This document shows, piece after piece, positions 36,931 to 45,463 of a stretch of DNA of 54,700 nucleotides (position 1 is its first letter; each line of letters starts with the position of its first letter). This stretch comes from Deltaproteobacteria bacterium. Lineage in GTDB: Bacteria > Myxococcota_A > Polyangia > Polyangiales > Polyangiaceae. Below the pieces are notes generated by a model. That model did no database searches and was not told the DNA's origin. It saw only the letters and a program-made list of their open reading frames with translations. The translations under genes and the position numbers were made by a program. The DNA is taken from positions 1 to 54,700 of the forward strand of contig JAYVXB010000079.1 in assembly GCA_043785585.1 (NCBI GenBank). The letters are read 5' to 3'.

Positions 36931-37211
36931 GATTGCCTCGTGAGCAGACAACCTAATAGCGCAGCAGCTGCAGACAAGACGAGGGCAAGCCTGACGCGGA
37001 CACGCTCGCCCGCGACTGGGGCGAGCAACGCGCGCCGCGTGAGGAAGGCGGCAAGAAAGGAGACGGCGACGGCGAAGATCGAGAGCATCTGCAACACGAG
37101 CAAAGGCAGGACGCGCGCGAAGGCGGCACCGCATAGCGCGGCGCTGCACGCGACAAGCGACACCGCAATGTACCAGCGCGGCCGCATCGTCGACCCGATT
37201 CGGCCGATCAT
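36927..37211 (-). CDS. Small membrane protein (94 aa), likely YidG-like partner of the DUF202 protein
   Basis: ORF 36927..37211. The ATG overlaps the ATPase stop (ATGA). It has three hydrophobic segments. Confidence 0.55.
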   Translation of the reverse strand: MIGRIGSTMRPRWYIAVSLVACSAALCGAAFARVLPLLVLQMLSIFAVAVSFLAAFLTRRALLAPVAGERVRVRLALVLSAAAALLGCLLTRQS

Positions 37212-39076
37212 TCGATCCGAACGCGCAGCAGCTTCACCGAATTGAGGAACACGAGCACGTCGGGGCCGAGGTGGATGATTGCGGCCTGGATGGGTCCGAT
37301 GAGCCCGAGCAGAGCGGCGGTGATGCCGAGCACGTGGACGACGCCGACTCCGACGTAGAGATTCTCTTGAATCGTTCGATACGCGCGGCGGGCGAGTGCG
37401 CGGGCAAACACGATCTTCGAGAGGTCGTCGGTCATGAGCGCCACGTCGGCCGCTTCGAGAGCAGCTTGAGTCCCTCCAGCACCCATCGCGATCCCGACGT
37501 CTGCCTGGGCGAGAGCCGGCGCGTCGTTGATCCCGTCGCCTACCATGGCAACGCGGTGACCCTCCTTTTGAAGCGCCGCGACGAACTTCACCTTGTCCTC
37601 GGGCATCAGCTCCGCGTGCACTTCATCCACGCCGAGTAGAGCCGCGATGGTGCTCGCGGTCGTCGCATTGTCGCCGGTGAGCATGACGACGCGACCGATC
37701 CCCGTCGCTTTCAGCCGAGCGACGGCCGCCTTGGCCCCGGGCCGTGCGTCGTCCGCGATCAACAGGCGCCCGACGACGCCCCCATCGGCGGCAACGAAGA
37801 CCACCGTCTTGCCGTCGTCGCTCACGGGCTTCGGGGTCGCGATGCCGTGTTCTTCGAGAAGCGCAGCGTTGCCGACGAGCACCTTGCGGCCACCCACCGT
37901 GGCTTTGACACCTCGACCCCGCAGCACCTCGAACTCGTCGGGCTCGGTCACATCGAGGCGAAGCTTGCCGGCGTAGTCGACGACTGCTTTGGCCAGGGGA
38001 TGACCCGACCGTCGATCCGCAGCAGCGGCCAGCCGCAGAACTCCGTTGTCGTCTGACGCCATCGTTCCTTCGGACAGGAGCTCCAGCACCTGCGGTTTTC
38101 CCATGGTCAGCGTGCCCGTCTTGTCGAAAACGATGACGTCGACCTTCGCGAGCGACTCGAGGTAGATGCCACCTTTGATGAGGATGCCGTTCTGCGCTGC
38201 GCGCGCGATCGCCGAGATCATCACCAGCGGCGTGGCGAGACCGAGCTCCGCCGGCGAGGTGAAGATCATGAGCGTCACGATCGTCCGGATGTTGTGGGTC
38301 ACCAGGAACACCACGATCAAGAACACGAGGACGACGGGTATGAGCCACGCTGCGACTCGGTCGGCGAGCTTCGCGACCTTCGCTTGGTGCTCCTCCGCCT
38401 GCTCCACCAACGTGATGATCCGCGCGAACATCGTGTCGGTGCCGCGCTTCTCCGTCTTGATGTCGAGCGCACCCGACTCGACGACGGTACCTGCGAAGAC
38501 CTGCGCCCCCGACTCCTTGTCCTTCGGGACGCTCTCGCCGGTGATTGGCGCTTCGTTCACCGACGCACTGCCACCGACGACAACGCCATCGACAGGGATT
38601 TTCTCACCCGCGCGCGCGAGAACGACATCGCCGATCACGAGCTCCGCGATCGGTACGCTTCGCTCCGCGCCCCCTGCGCGAACGAGAGCGACTTGCGGCA
38701 CCGATCCGATGAGACCCTTGATCGAGGCGCGCGCGCGGTCGGTGTTCAGGTCGGCGATGAACTCCGCGATCAGAATGATCGACATGAGAACCGCGCCTGC
38801 GACCGTCTCGCCCCCGAAGACCGCCACGGTGGTCGCAATCGTGACGAAGACTTCGGTGCCGACCTTGTGCTCCTTGTAGAGATCGATCGCGCCCTTCTTC
38901 GCCAGCGGGTAGAGACCGATCGCGACGGCGACGAGAAGTACCGGCAGCGGTACGATCTCCCGCCAGTACAAGAGCGCGATTGTCCCGGTCAGCACGATGC
39001 GGCCGATCTCGATCCAGCGCTCTCGCGTGAGAAGCTCACTCAGCTTGGGCGCGGTCCTCTTCATCGGCTGTGTCAT
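37208..39076 (-). CDS. Heavy-metal-type P1B ATPase without N-terminal metal-binding domain (622 aa)
   Basis: This is the C-terminal 622 aa of ORF 37208..42307, with the ATG at 39076 verified (MTQPMKRTAPK). It has TGES, DKTGTLT and GDGINDAPAL. The TM6 motif reads TSPAELGLATP instead of CPC/SPC. Confidence 0.92.
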   Translation of the reverse strand: MTQPMKRTAPKLSELLTRERWIEIGRIVLTGTIALLYWREIVPLPVLLVAVAIGLYPLAKKGAIDLYKEHKVGTEVFVTIATTVAVFGGETVAGAVLMSIILIAEFIADLNTDRARASIKGLIGSVPQVALVRAGGAERSVPIAELVIGDVVLARAGEKIPVDGVVVGGSASVNEAPITGESVPKDKESGAQVFAGTVVESGALDIKTEKRGTDTMFARIITLVEQAEEHQAKVAKLADRVAAWLIPVVLVFLIVVFLVTHNIRTIVTLMIFTSPAELGLATPLVMISAIARAAQNGILIKGGIYLESLAKVDVIVFDKTGTLTMGKPQVLELLSEGTMASDDNGVLRLAAAADRRSGHPLAKAVVDYAGKLRLDVTEPDEFEVLRGRGVKATVGGRKVLVGNAALLEEHGIATPKPVSDDGKTVVFVAADGGVVGRLLIADDARPGAKAAVARLKATGIGRVVMLTGDNATTASTIAALLGVDEVHAELMPEDKVKFVAALQKEGHRVAMVGDGINDAPALAQADVGIAMGAGGTQAALEAADVALMTDDLSKIVFARALARRAYRTIQENLYVGVGVVHVLGITAALLGLIGPIQAAIIHLGPDVLVFLNSVKLLRVRIE

Positions 39077-42000
39077 GGGGATACCGTTCGGTTTCCGGAC
39101 CCTGGGGTCCTGTGGCGCGCTCCGAATGTGCCGAACCGTAGATAGAGCGCCGGGAGAACGATCATGTTCAGCGTCGTCGACGAGAGAAGGCCGAACACGA
39201 TGACGACAGCCATCGGCGACTGAATCTCGCTCCCCGGCTTGCCGCCACCGAGGGCGAGGGGGATCAGCGCGAGCCCTGCAGCGAGCGCCGTCATCAGGAT
39301 CGGGGCTAGACGCTCCGAGGCCCCTCGCCGCACGGCCTCGACCGGATCGAGCACGCCCTCGTGCTCGGTGAGGTGGTGCACGTGGGACACCAGCATGATG
39401 CCGTTTCGCGTCGCGATGCCGAAGAGGGTGATGAACCCGACCATCGACGCGATGGAGAGTACGCCCCCCGAAACGAAGACGCCCGCGACGCCCCCGACCA
39501 GCGCGAGCGGCAGATTCACGAGGACGAGCGCCGCGTCGCGCGCGGAGCCGAGCCCAGCGACGAGGAGAGCGAACACGCCGCACAAGGAGAGCGCGCCGAC
39601 GAACGCCAGCGTGCGGGCCGCGTCCGCTGCAGCCTCGAACTGCCCGCCATACGCGACGTGATATCCGCGGGGCATCTTCACGCGCTCGCCGACGCGCGCG
39701 CGAATGTCGTCGACGACGCCCCCGAGATCTCTCCCGCTCACGTTGCACATCACGACGAGCTTCCGCTGGACGTCCTCGCGTCCGATTGTGTTCGGGCCTC
39801 GGTCCTTGCGAACGTCGGCGAGCGCGTGGAGCGGGACTCGCGCACCACTCGGCGTCGAGACGAGCGTCGCTCGAATGGCGTCCAAGTCGGCGACCGCGCC
39901 GCGCTCGAGACGAACGAGCAGGTCGAAAGCGGTCTGACGCTCGCGGACGCGGGTGACGATCTGCCCGGCGAACGATGCCTCGATGACCTCGGCGACATCG
40001 CCCGCACGGAGGCTTCGTTGTGCGATCGCCTCGCGGTCGATCTGCATCGTCAGGATAGGGATGTCGGCCTGCTGCTCGATGGAGAGATCCACCACGCCCG
40101 GGACGTCCTGCATGAGGGCCTTCACCTCTTCGCCGAGCCGTCGCAGCTCGCGCAGATCGTCGCCGAAGATCTTCACCGCGATGTTGGCGCGCGTGCCGCT
40201 CAGCATGTGATCGATGCGGTGCGAGATGGGCTGACCGATGGTGACGTTGGTCCCCGGCAGGAGAGAGAAATCGTGGCGGAGCGCGTCGAGCAATTGCTCC
40301 TTGGCGCGGCCGCCCTTTTTCATCGACAGGCCGACGTCGATCTCGGCGGCGTTGACGTCTTGCGCGTGCTCGTCGAGCTCCGCGCGCCCCGTTCGGCGCG
40401 CCGTGCTCGTCACCTCGGGCTGCGCGAGAAGGATCTCCTCGACGCGCCGACCGAGGCGATCGGACTCCTCGAGCGAGGTGCCCGGGAGCGTCACGACGCT
40501 GATCGTCAACGTGCCTTCGTTGAAGTCCGGCAAGAACGCTCGGCCGGCGCGCCACACGGCGAAACCTGCCAGAGCGAGCACGAGGAGCGAGAACGATCCG
40601 AGGATCCTCCAGCGATGAAGCAGCACGCCGAGCATCCGATCGTAGCCCGCGCGTAGACCGCGGACGAGCCGACTCTCGCGCGCCGCGCGGATCGTCCGTG
40701 ACTTCGGCAACAGCACAGCGGCGAGTGCGGGCGTCACCGTCAACGCCACCCCGAGCGAAGCAGCAAGCGCGATGACGTACGCGGCGCCGAGCGGGCGGAG
40801 TAGGCGTCCCTCGACCCCCGGCAGAAAAAACAGAGGAAGGAAGACGAGGAGGATCACCAAGGTCGCGAAGACCACCGATCCGCGCACCTCGCGGCTCGCC
40901 TCGTAGACGACCTCGCGCGTCGGCTTCTGCTCGTGGTTGGCGAGCGCGGAGTTCTCGCGCAACCGACGTACGACGTTCTCGACGTCGACGATTGCATCGT
41001 CCACGAGCTCGCCCACCGCGATCGCCATTCCACCGAGCGTCATCGTGTTGATGGTGCCGCCCGTCGCTCCGAGCACGAGAACGGCGACGGCCATCGAGAG
41101 CGGGATGGCGAGCACCGTGATCGCCGTCGCGCGGCCGCTCGCGAGGAAGACCGCGACGATGACGAGCACGAGGACCGCGCCGTCTCGCAGCGCCGCTTTC
41201 AGGTTTCCGATGGCCGTCTCGATGAAGTCCGCTTGCCGGAACACGTTGCGCGCGATCGTCATGCCTTCCGGCAGCGTGGCTTGGATGTCGTCGAGCGCGG
41301 CGTCGAGCCTGCGAGTGAGCTCCAACGTGTTCGCCCCCGGCTGCTTCTGAATGCCGAGGATGACCGCCGGCTTGCCGTCGTGCGAGCCTTCGCCGCGCTT
41401 CAACGCGGGCCCGATCTTCACTTCGGCGATCTGGCGCACGAGAACGGGTTGCCCTGCGCGCATGGCGACCACGGTCGCGCCGATGTCGTCGAGCGTGCGG
41501 ACCCGCCCGACGGCGTGGATCAGGTACTCCTGCACGCCCTCGACGTAGAAGCCGGCTGAAGAGTTCTGGTTCGTGCGACGTAGCGCCTCTAGGACATCGT
41601 TGAGGCCGAGCTCGTACGCGACGAGGCGTTCGGGATTGACCAGCACCTGATACTGCTTCGTCTCGCCGCCGGTCGGAATCACCTGCGCCACGCCGGGTAC
41701 GGCGAGAAGACGACGTCGAAGCACCCAGTCTGCCGTCGTCTTGAGCGCGATCGCGTCGTGACGACCGGACCCGAGCGCGATGAACTCGATCTCCCCCATG
41801 ATCGACGACACCGGGGCGAGGACGGGCCTCGGGACATCGGGAGGGAGGGACGCCTGCGCGAGCTGGAGCTTCTCCGAAACGATCTGCCGCGCGCGGAAGA
41901 CGTCGAAGTCTCCCTCGAACTCGACCCACACGATGGCGACGCCGATCCCTGTGGACGACCGAACGCGTCGCACGCCGGCGGCTCCGTTCATGGCGCTCTC

Positions 42001-42216
42001 GATAGGCAGCGTGACGAGGCTCTCGACCTCTTCCGGCGCCATCCCGTGGGCTTCGGCGATGACTGTGACGGTGGGCGCAGTGAGATCGGGAAACACGTCG
42101 ACCGGCGCGCGCATCGCGCGGTACCCACCAACGACCAGCAGCACGAAGGCGGCGATGAGGACAAGCACGCGGCGTTCGAGCGACCAGCGAATGAGCCCGT
42201 CGATCAGCGCGCCCAT
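39073..42216 (-). CDS. czcA: CzcA/CusA-family heavy-metal efflux RND transporter
   Basis: 1047-aa ORF. MGALIDGLIRWSLERRVLVL is the typical HME-RND N-terminus. ATGA overlaps occur at both ends. Confidence 0.95.
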   Translation of the reverse strand: MGALIDGLIRWSLERRVLVLIAAFVLLVVGGYRAMRAPVDVFPDLTAPTVTVIAEAHGMAPEEVESLVTLPIESAMNGAAGVRRVRSSTGIGVAIVWVEFEGDFDVFRARQIVSEKLQLAQASLPPDVPRPVLAPVSSIMGEIEFIALGSGRHDAIALKTTADWVLRRRLLAVPGVAQVIPTGGETKQYQVLVNPERLVAYELGLNDVLEALRRTNQNSSAGFYVEGVQEYLIHAVGRVRTLDDIGATVVAMRAGQPVLVRQIAEVKIGPALKRGEGSHDGKPAVILGIQKQPGANTLELTRRLDAALDDIQATLPEGMTIARNVFRQADFIETAIGNLKAALRDGAVLVLVIVAVFLASGRATAITVLAIPLSMAVAVLVLGATGGTINTMTLGGMAIAVGELVDDAIVDVENVVRRLRENSALANHEQKPTREVVYEASREVRGSVVFATLVILLVFLPLFFLPGVEGRLLRPLGAAYVIALAASLGVALTVTPALAAVLLPKSRTIRAARESRLVRGLRAGYDRMLGVLLHRWRILGSFSLLVLALAGFAVWRAGRAFLPDFNEGTLTISVVTLPGTSLEESDRLGRRVEEILLAQPEVTSTARRTGRAELDEHAQDVNAAEIDVGLSMKKGGRAKEQLLDALRHDFSLLPGTNVTIGQPISHRIDHMLSGTRANIAVKIFGDDLRELRRLGEEVKALMQDVPGVVDLSIEQQADIPILTMQIDREAIAQRSLRAGDVAEVIEASFAGQIVTRVRERQTAFDLLVRLERGAVADLDAIRATLVSTPSGARVPLHALADVRKDRGPNTIGREDVQRKLVVMCNVSGRDLGGVVDDIRARVGERVKMPRGYHVAYGGQFEAAADAARTLAFVGALSLCGVFALLVAGLGSARDAALVLVNLPLALVGGVAGVFVSGGVLSIASMVGFITLFGIATRNGIMLVSHVHHLTEHEGVLDPVEAVRRGASERLAPILMTALAAGLALIPLALGGGKPGSEIQSPMAVVIVFGLLSSTTLNMIVLPALYLRFGTFGARHRTPGSGNRTVSP

Positions 42217-43757
42217 CAGTGCACGTGCCCGTGCGCGGGGAGCGACGAGGACGACGATGCGAGCTTGAGCGCGTAGGCACCGCGGACGACGACGCGATCG
42301 CCCGCAATGAGGCCCGACGTCACGCCGACGAACCCGGCGTCGCGTGCGCCGACGGTGACGGCGCGGCGCTCGAAAGCTTCGCCGCCGACTTGCACGTAGA
42401 CGACGTTCTGTCCGTCATCGTCGACGACCGCCGCGAACGGCACCGCGACAGCGACGGTCGCGGCTTCCGTGTAGAGGCGGGCACGGAGCGCCGTCCCGAC
42501 CGCGATGTGCGCCTCGTGGTTGTCGAAGTCGAACACGATCGGCGCCGTGCGCGAGACCGGATCAACCGCCTTGCCGATGGCGACGAGAGCCTTCCCGTCG
42601 AGCGCGAACGTCTTGTCCTCGAGCTCGAATGACACCCCGGACGCAGCCGCGGCGTGCGCGAGCTCGGCCTCGGGAACGCGGAGCTCGACCCAGAGGCGAT
42701 CGACGTCCGTGGCGCGGAAGAGGGCCGCCCCTCGCTCGGCGATGGCCGCGGGCGCGGTGTCGATCGAAAGGAGCACGCCAGCGAAGGGAGCGGTCAGTGG
42801 CAGCGATCCGGCGCTTCCTGGACTGCCGAGCCCCGCCATCGATCGCTTCGCCGCCTCGACCTCGCTGCGCGCGATCGCCTCGTCGCGCTTCGCTCCTTCC
42901 ACGTCCCGATCGCTGGCGAGCCCTTCTTTGGCGAGCCGATCCATGCGTTCGCGCTCCTTCGTCGCGTAGAGGAGCGTCGCTGCGGCGCGTGCGCGATCAC
43001 GAGCGAGCGCGCCTACGTCGAGCGTGGCGTCGAATCGGGGCGTCAGGAGCGCGAGCATCTGTCCCGGCTTCACGACGTCGCCAAGTCGCGGAAACGAGAC
43101 GCCGCTCTTCGTGATCTGACCGGGCAGTGGCGCGCGCACCAACGCGTCGGCGTCGGGTCTGCCGCGAAGCACGCCGAAGACGGGCATCGACGCGCGGAGG
43201 GCGCGCTCGGACGCCGGCGCGACGGCGAACTCCGTGTGCCACTGCTGCTCCATCAGGAACTTGATCACGCCCGGCGCGCGCGTCGCGTGTCTGTCCGCGC
43301 GCGCCTCGGCTTCGGTGGCATGCACCTGGATGGGGCCGAGATCGTGTCGCTCCTGCACGCCGTCGAGATCGAGCGTGATCGCGAGCGAGCGCTCTCCTGC
43401 CGACGGCGGCGTCAACGTCGCCCCGAAGATGCCCGGTGACGAAGGCGGGTCGGACGTCACAGTGTCGGCGCCGAGATCGACGACGACGCGCCCCGCTGCA
43501 ACCGGCTTCCACCCATCGAGGCGCGTGAAGTGAATCGCGAGCCGCGACGGCTGCCCGGCGACGAGTGGAGGGATCTCGACGAAGAGCTCCGTGCGCGCAG
43601 CGACGTGAAGCCGCGTCTCTGGTTCACGCTCGTCGGCGAGGGCCGCGGGCGAAGGTGGTTTCCGACACGCCACGGTGGCTAACGCCGCGTAGAAGAGAAC
43701 GAACAAACACCGACCTGCGATCGGTCTTTTGGCCGTGGCGCGTGCCTGTCCTCTCAT
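42216..43757 (-). CDS. Efflux RND periplasmic adaptor (CzcB-like) with ~150-aa N-terminal extension and His-rich C-terminus (HGHVH)
   Basis: The ATG at 43757 (MRGQARATAKRPIAGRCLFVLF) is verified. The MFP core is present (VRAPLPGQITKS..VKPGQMLALL, coiled coil, beta-barrel). It is the 3' part of ORF 42216..43946. Confidence 0.85.
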   Translation of the reverse strand: MRGQARATAKRPIAGRCLFVLFYAALATVACRKPPSPAALADEREPETRLHVAARTELFVEIPPLVAGQPSRLAIHFTRLDGWKPVAAGRVVVDLGADTVTSDPPSSPGIFGATLTPPSAGERSLAITLDLDGVQERHDLGPIQVHATEAEARADRHATRAPGVIKFLMEQQWHTEFAVAPASERALRASMPVFGVLRGRPDADALVRAPLPGQITKSGVSFPRLGDVVKPGQMLALLTPRFDATLDVGALARDRARAAATLLYATKERERMDRLAKEGLASDRDVEGAKRDEAIARSEVEAAKRSMAGLGSPGSAGSLPLTAPFAGVLLSIDTAPAAIAERGAALFRATDVDRLWVELRVPEAELAHAAAASGVSFELEDKTFALDGKALVAIGKAVDPVSRTAPIVFDFDNHEAHIAVGTALRARLYTEAATVAVAVPFAAVVDDDGQNVVYVQVGGEAFERRAVTVGARDAGFVGVTSGLIAGDRVVVRGAYALKLASSSSSLPAHGHVH

Positions 43758-43770
43758 GGCGGCCGGACCG

Positions 43771-44742
43771 TCAGTGTCCGAGGAGGGAGACGAGATCTTC
43801 GAGCGCGTCGTGGAGAGGGATCGCTGCGAGGAGCGCGCACGCGGCGAGGAGGCCGAGCCAGCGTCCGATCGGTCGCTCGTCATCGACGGGGGCTTCGTCC
43901 CGCCGGACGAGCGCCTCCACGCGTGCGTGCACCGATCCCGCTCCAAACGCCGAGGCCAAGACGGGGAGCTGCGCCCACGAGGAGCAGAGGCGCTCGGCCG
44001 CGAGGATCGCGTCAGCGACGATCAACGGATCGCCTGCCTGGAACGCGGCTTCACGATCGCACGCCTCCTCGCACGCGAAATCCAAATCCGCGAGGAGAAG
44101 CGCGCGTGTGTGAGGTGCGTGTAGGCGCGCGAGGAGTCCGGCCGCTGCCTTGCGCAAGTTGTCCCGTCGCGCGACGTGAGCCCGTTCGTGCGCGAGCACG
44201 GCATCGAGCAGCGGCGCGGGCAGCTCGGTGGCGAGGGTCGCTCCGATGATCGCCCGTGGTCGGAAGAGTCCGACGGTGAACGCCACCGGGGCGCCTGGGA
44301 GGAGCCGGTTGTTGCAACGTTCCGCGAGACGCGCGAGCACGAGAGTGCGCCGCCACGCCCGCCCGAGACGCACGACATCGAAGGCCACGATGGCGACGAG
44401 AGGGATCACGGCGGCGCCGACGAGCAGCCACCCCGCGACGCTTCCGGCACCGGGCGCGGGATGCACCCAACAGAAGTGCGCGTGGAGCTCGTCGTGGTGC
44501 GTGCAGTGATCGGAGAGATGGAGGAGACGCGTCGCGAGGGACGGCACGAAGCAAGTCGCCGCGAGCGTCGTCGCCGCAGCGAAGGGGGCCGCCGCGATCC
44601 AGGAGAGCACGCGTGCGCGCGAGACCGGGCCGAGGCGCCGGAGACGGGGACGAAGCGCCGGATAGAGGAGCGACGATGCCGCAACGCAGCCCAGGGCGAA
44701 CGTGCACCAAGCGAGGAGCGTGAGCTGAACGACGCCCATCAT
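43771..44742 (-). CDS. M56-family (BlaR1-like) membrane metalloprotease lacking an extracellular sensor domain; His/Cys-rich segment
   Basis: 323-aa ORF. The HExxH motif (AHERAHVARRD) is in the usual BlaR1 N-domain context. HLSDHCTHHDELHAHFCWVH spans residues 75-94. No penicillin-binding-type C-domain is present. Confidence 0.85.
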   Translation of the reverse strand: MMGVVQLTLLAWCTFALGCVAASSLLYPALRPRLRRLGPVSRARVLSWIAAAPFAAATTLAATCFVPSLATRLLHLSDHCTHHDELHAHFCWVHPAPGAGSVAGWLLVGAAVIPLVAIVAFDVVRLGRAWRRTLVLARLAERCNNRLLPGAPVAFTVGLFRPRAIIGATLATELPAPLLDAVLAHERAHVARRDNLRKAAAGLLARLHAPHTRALLLADLDFACEEACDREAAFQAGDPLIVADAILAAERLCSSWAQLPVLASAFGAGSVHARVEALVRRDEAPVDDERPIGRWLGLLAACALLAAIPLHDALEDLVSLLGH

Positions 44743-45140
44743 CGCCCGCTCTTTGCGCTACGTGCGCGGCGTCGTTCGGCGATGAGCTCTTCGAGACGCG
44801 CAAGCGCATCGTCGCCGCTGCGTGCCGTGAGGTCGACGAACGCGGACAGCATCGGTTCGGTGTCGGTTCCGAGCACATTGCGAACGGCATCGTGAACGAG
44901 CGCGGCGCCGAGCGCCTCGCGTGTGACCGCTGTCGAGTAGACGAACGCGTGGCTCACCTTCTCGCGCGAGAGGAGATCCTTTCGGTAGAGTCGCTCCATC
45001 GTCGACTGCACCGTGTTGAGCGTGATGTCGCGCCGCGCGCCGACGGCGCGGTGGACGGCCTTCACGTCTGCGGCGCCGTGGCTCCACAAGAAGGACAGGA
45101 CAGCGCGCTCGAGATCACCAAGCGAGAGGGCGCGGGACAT
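44739..45140 (-). CDS. BlaI/MecI/CopY-family transcriptional repressor
   Basis: The ATG at 45140 gives MSRALSLGDLERAVLSFLWSHG..VKAVH....ITLNTVQSTMERLYRKDLLSREKVSHAFVY, the typical winged-helix Penicillinase_R pattern. The stop overlaps the M56 start (ATGA). Confidence 0.88.
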   Translation of the reverse strand: MSRALSLGDLERAVLSFLWSHGAADVKAVHRAVGARRDITLNTVQSTMERLYRKDLLSREKVSHAFVYSTAVTREALGAALVHDAVRNVLGTDTEPMLSAFVDLTARSGDDALARLEELIAERRRARSAKSGR

Positions 45141-45295
45141 CCTCTCGAAGAGGTAGCAGGAAAGACCGACCGTCGCTCGGTGTTTGCGGCTGACTGGCGC
45201 ACGCATTCCGATCGCGCTCCTACCGGCTGACACGAGCTCGTTCACGATCATCTCCTCCACCAGCGCACTCGCGCTTGGGACAGGCCGGCGGGACG

Positions 45296-45430
45296 ATGAC
45301 GATCGCCCTCGGGGCGGCGCTCACCATCGGCGAGGCATTCACCGCGTTGGTCATCGTCCTATTCGTGCTCGTCGCGGAGGTGCTGGAGCACATGACCGGT
45401 CGTGGGGCTCGGGATGGGATCAGGGACCGA
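45296..45430 (+). pseudogene. Relic of a P1B-type ATPase gene (about 45 codons of the first TM pair)
   Basis: MTIALGAALTIGEAFTALVIVLFVLVAEVLEHMTGRGARDGIRD parallels TIATTVAVFGGETVAGAVLMSIILIAEFIADLNTDRARASIKGL of the intact ATPase in this window. Similarity ends before the thrC stop. Confidence 0.35.
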
Positions 45431-45463
45431 GATCGCCCGCGAAGCCGCCGGATCAACGTCGCG

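Noticed and set aside
39077-42307. The upstream 1077 aa of the 1699-aa ORF 37208..42307.
   Set aside because: It is an alternative frame of czcA that happens to stay open. Only the last 622 aa, from the ATG at 39076, form the P-type ATPase. The czcA frame (39073..42216) has the genuine RND signature.
45232-45241. A perfect 10-bp palindrome ACGAGCTCGT 92 nt upstream of the BlaI-type gene, considered as a possible operator.
   Set aside because: It does not resemble the TACA/TGTA dyads of known BlaI/MecI/CopY operators. A single 10-bp GC-rich palindrome is weak evidence, so I kept it only as a note.
28000-45463. The possibility that the sulfur and metal gene block is a mobile genomic island.
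   Set aside because: I could recognise no integrase, transposase, tRNA target, flanking direct repeats or conjugation genes. The only hint of rearrangement is the ATPase relic at 45296, so mobility is not supported.
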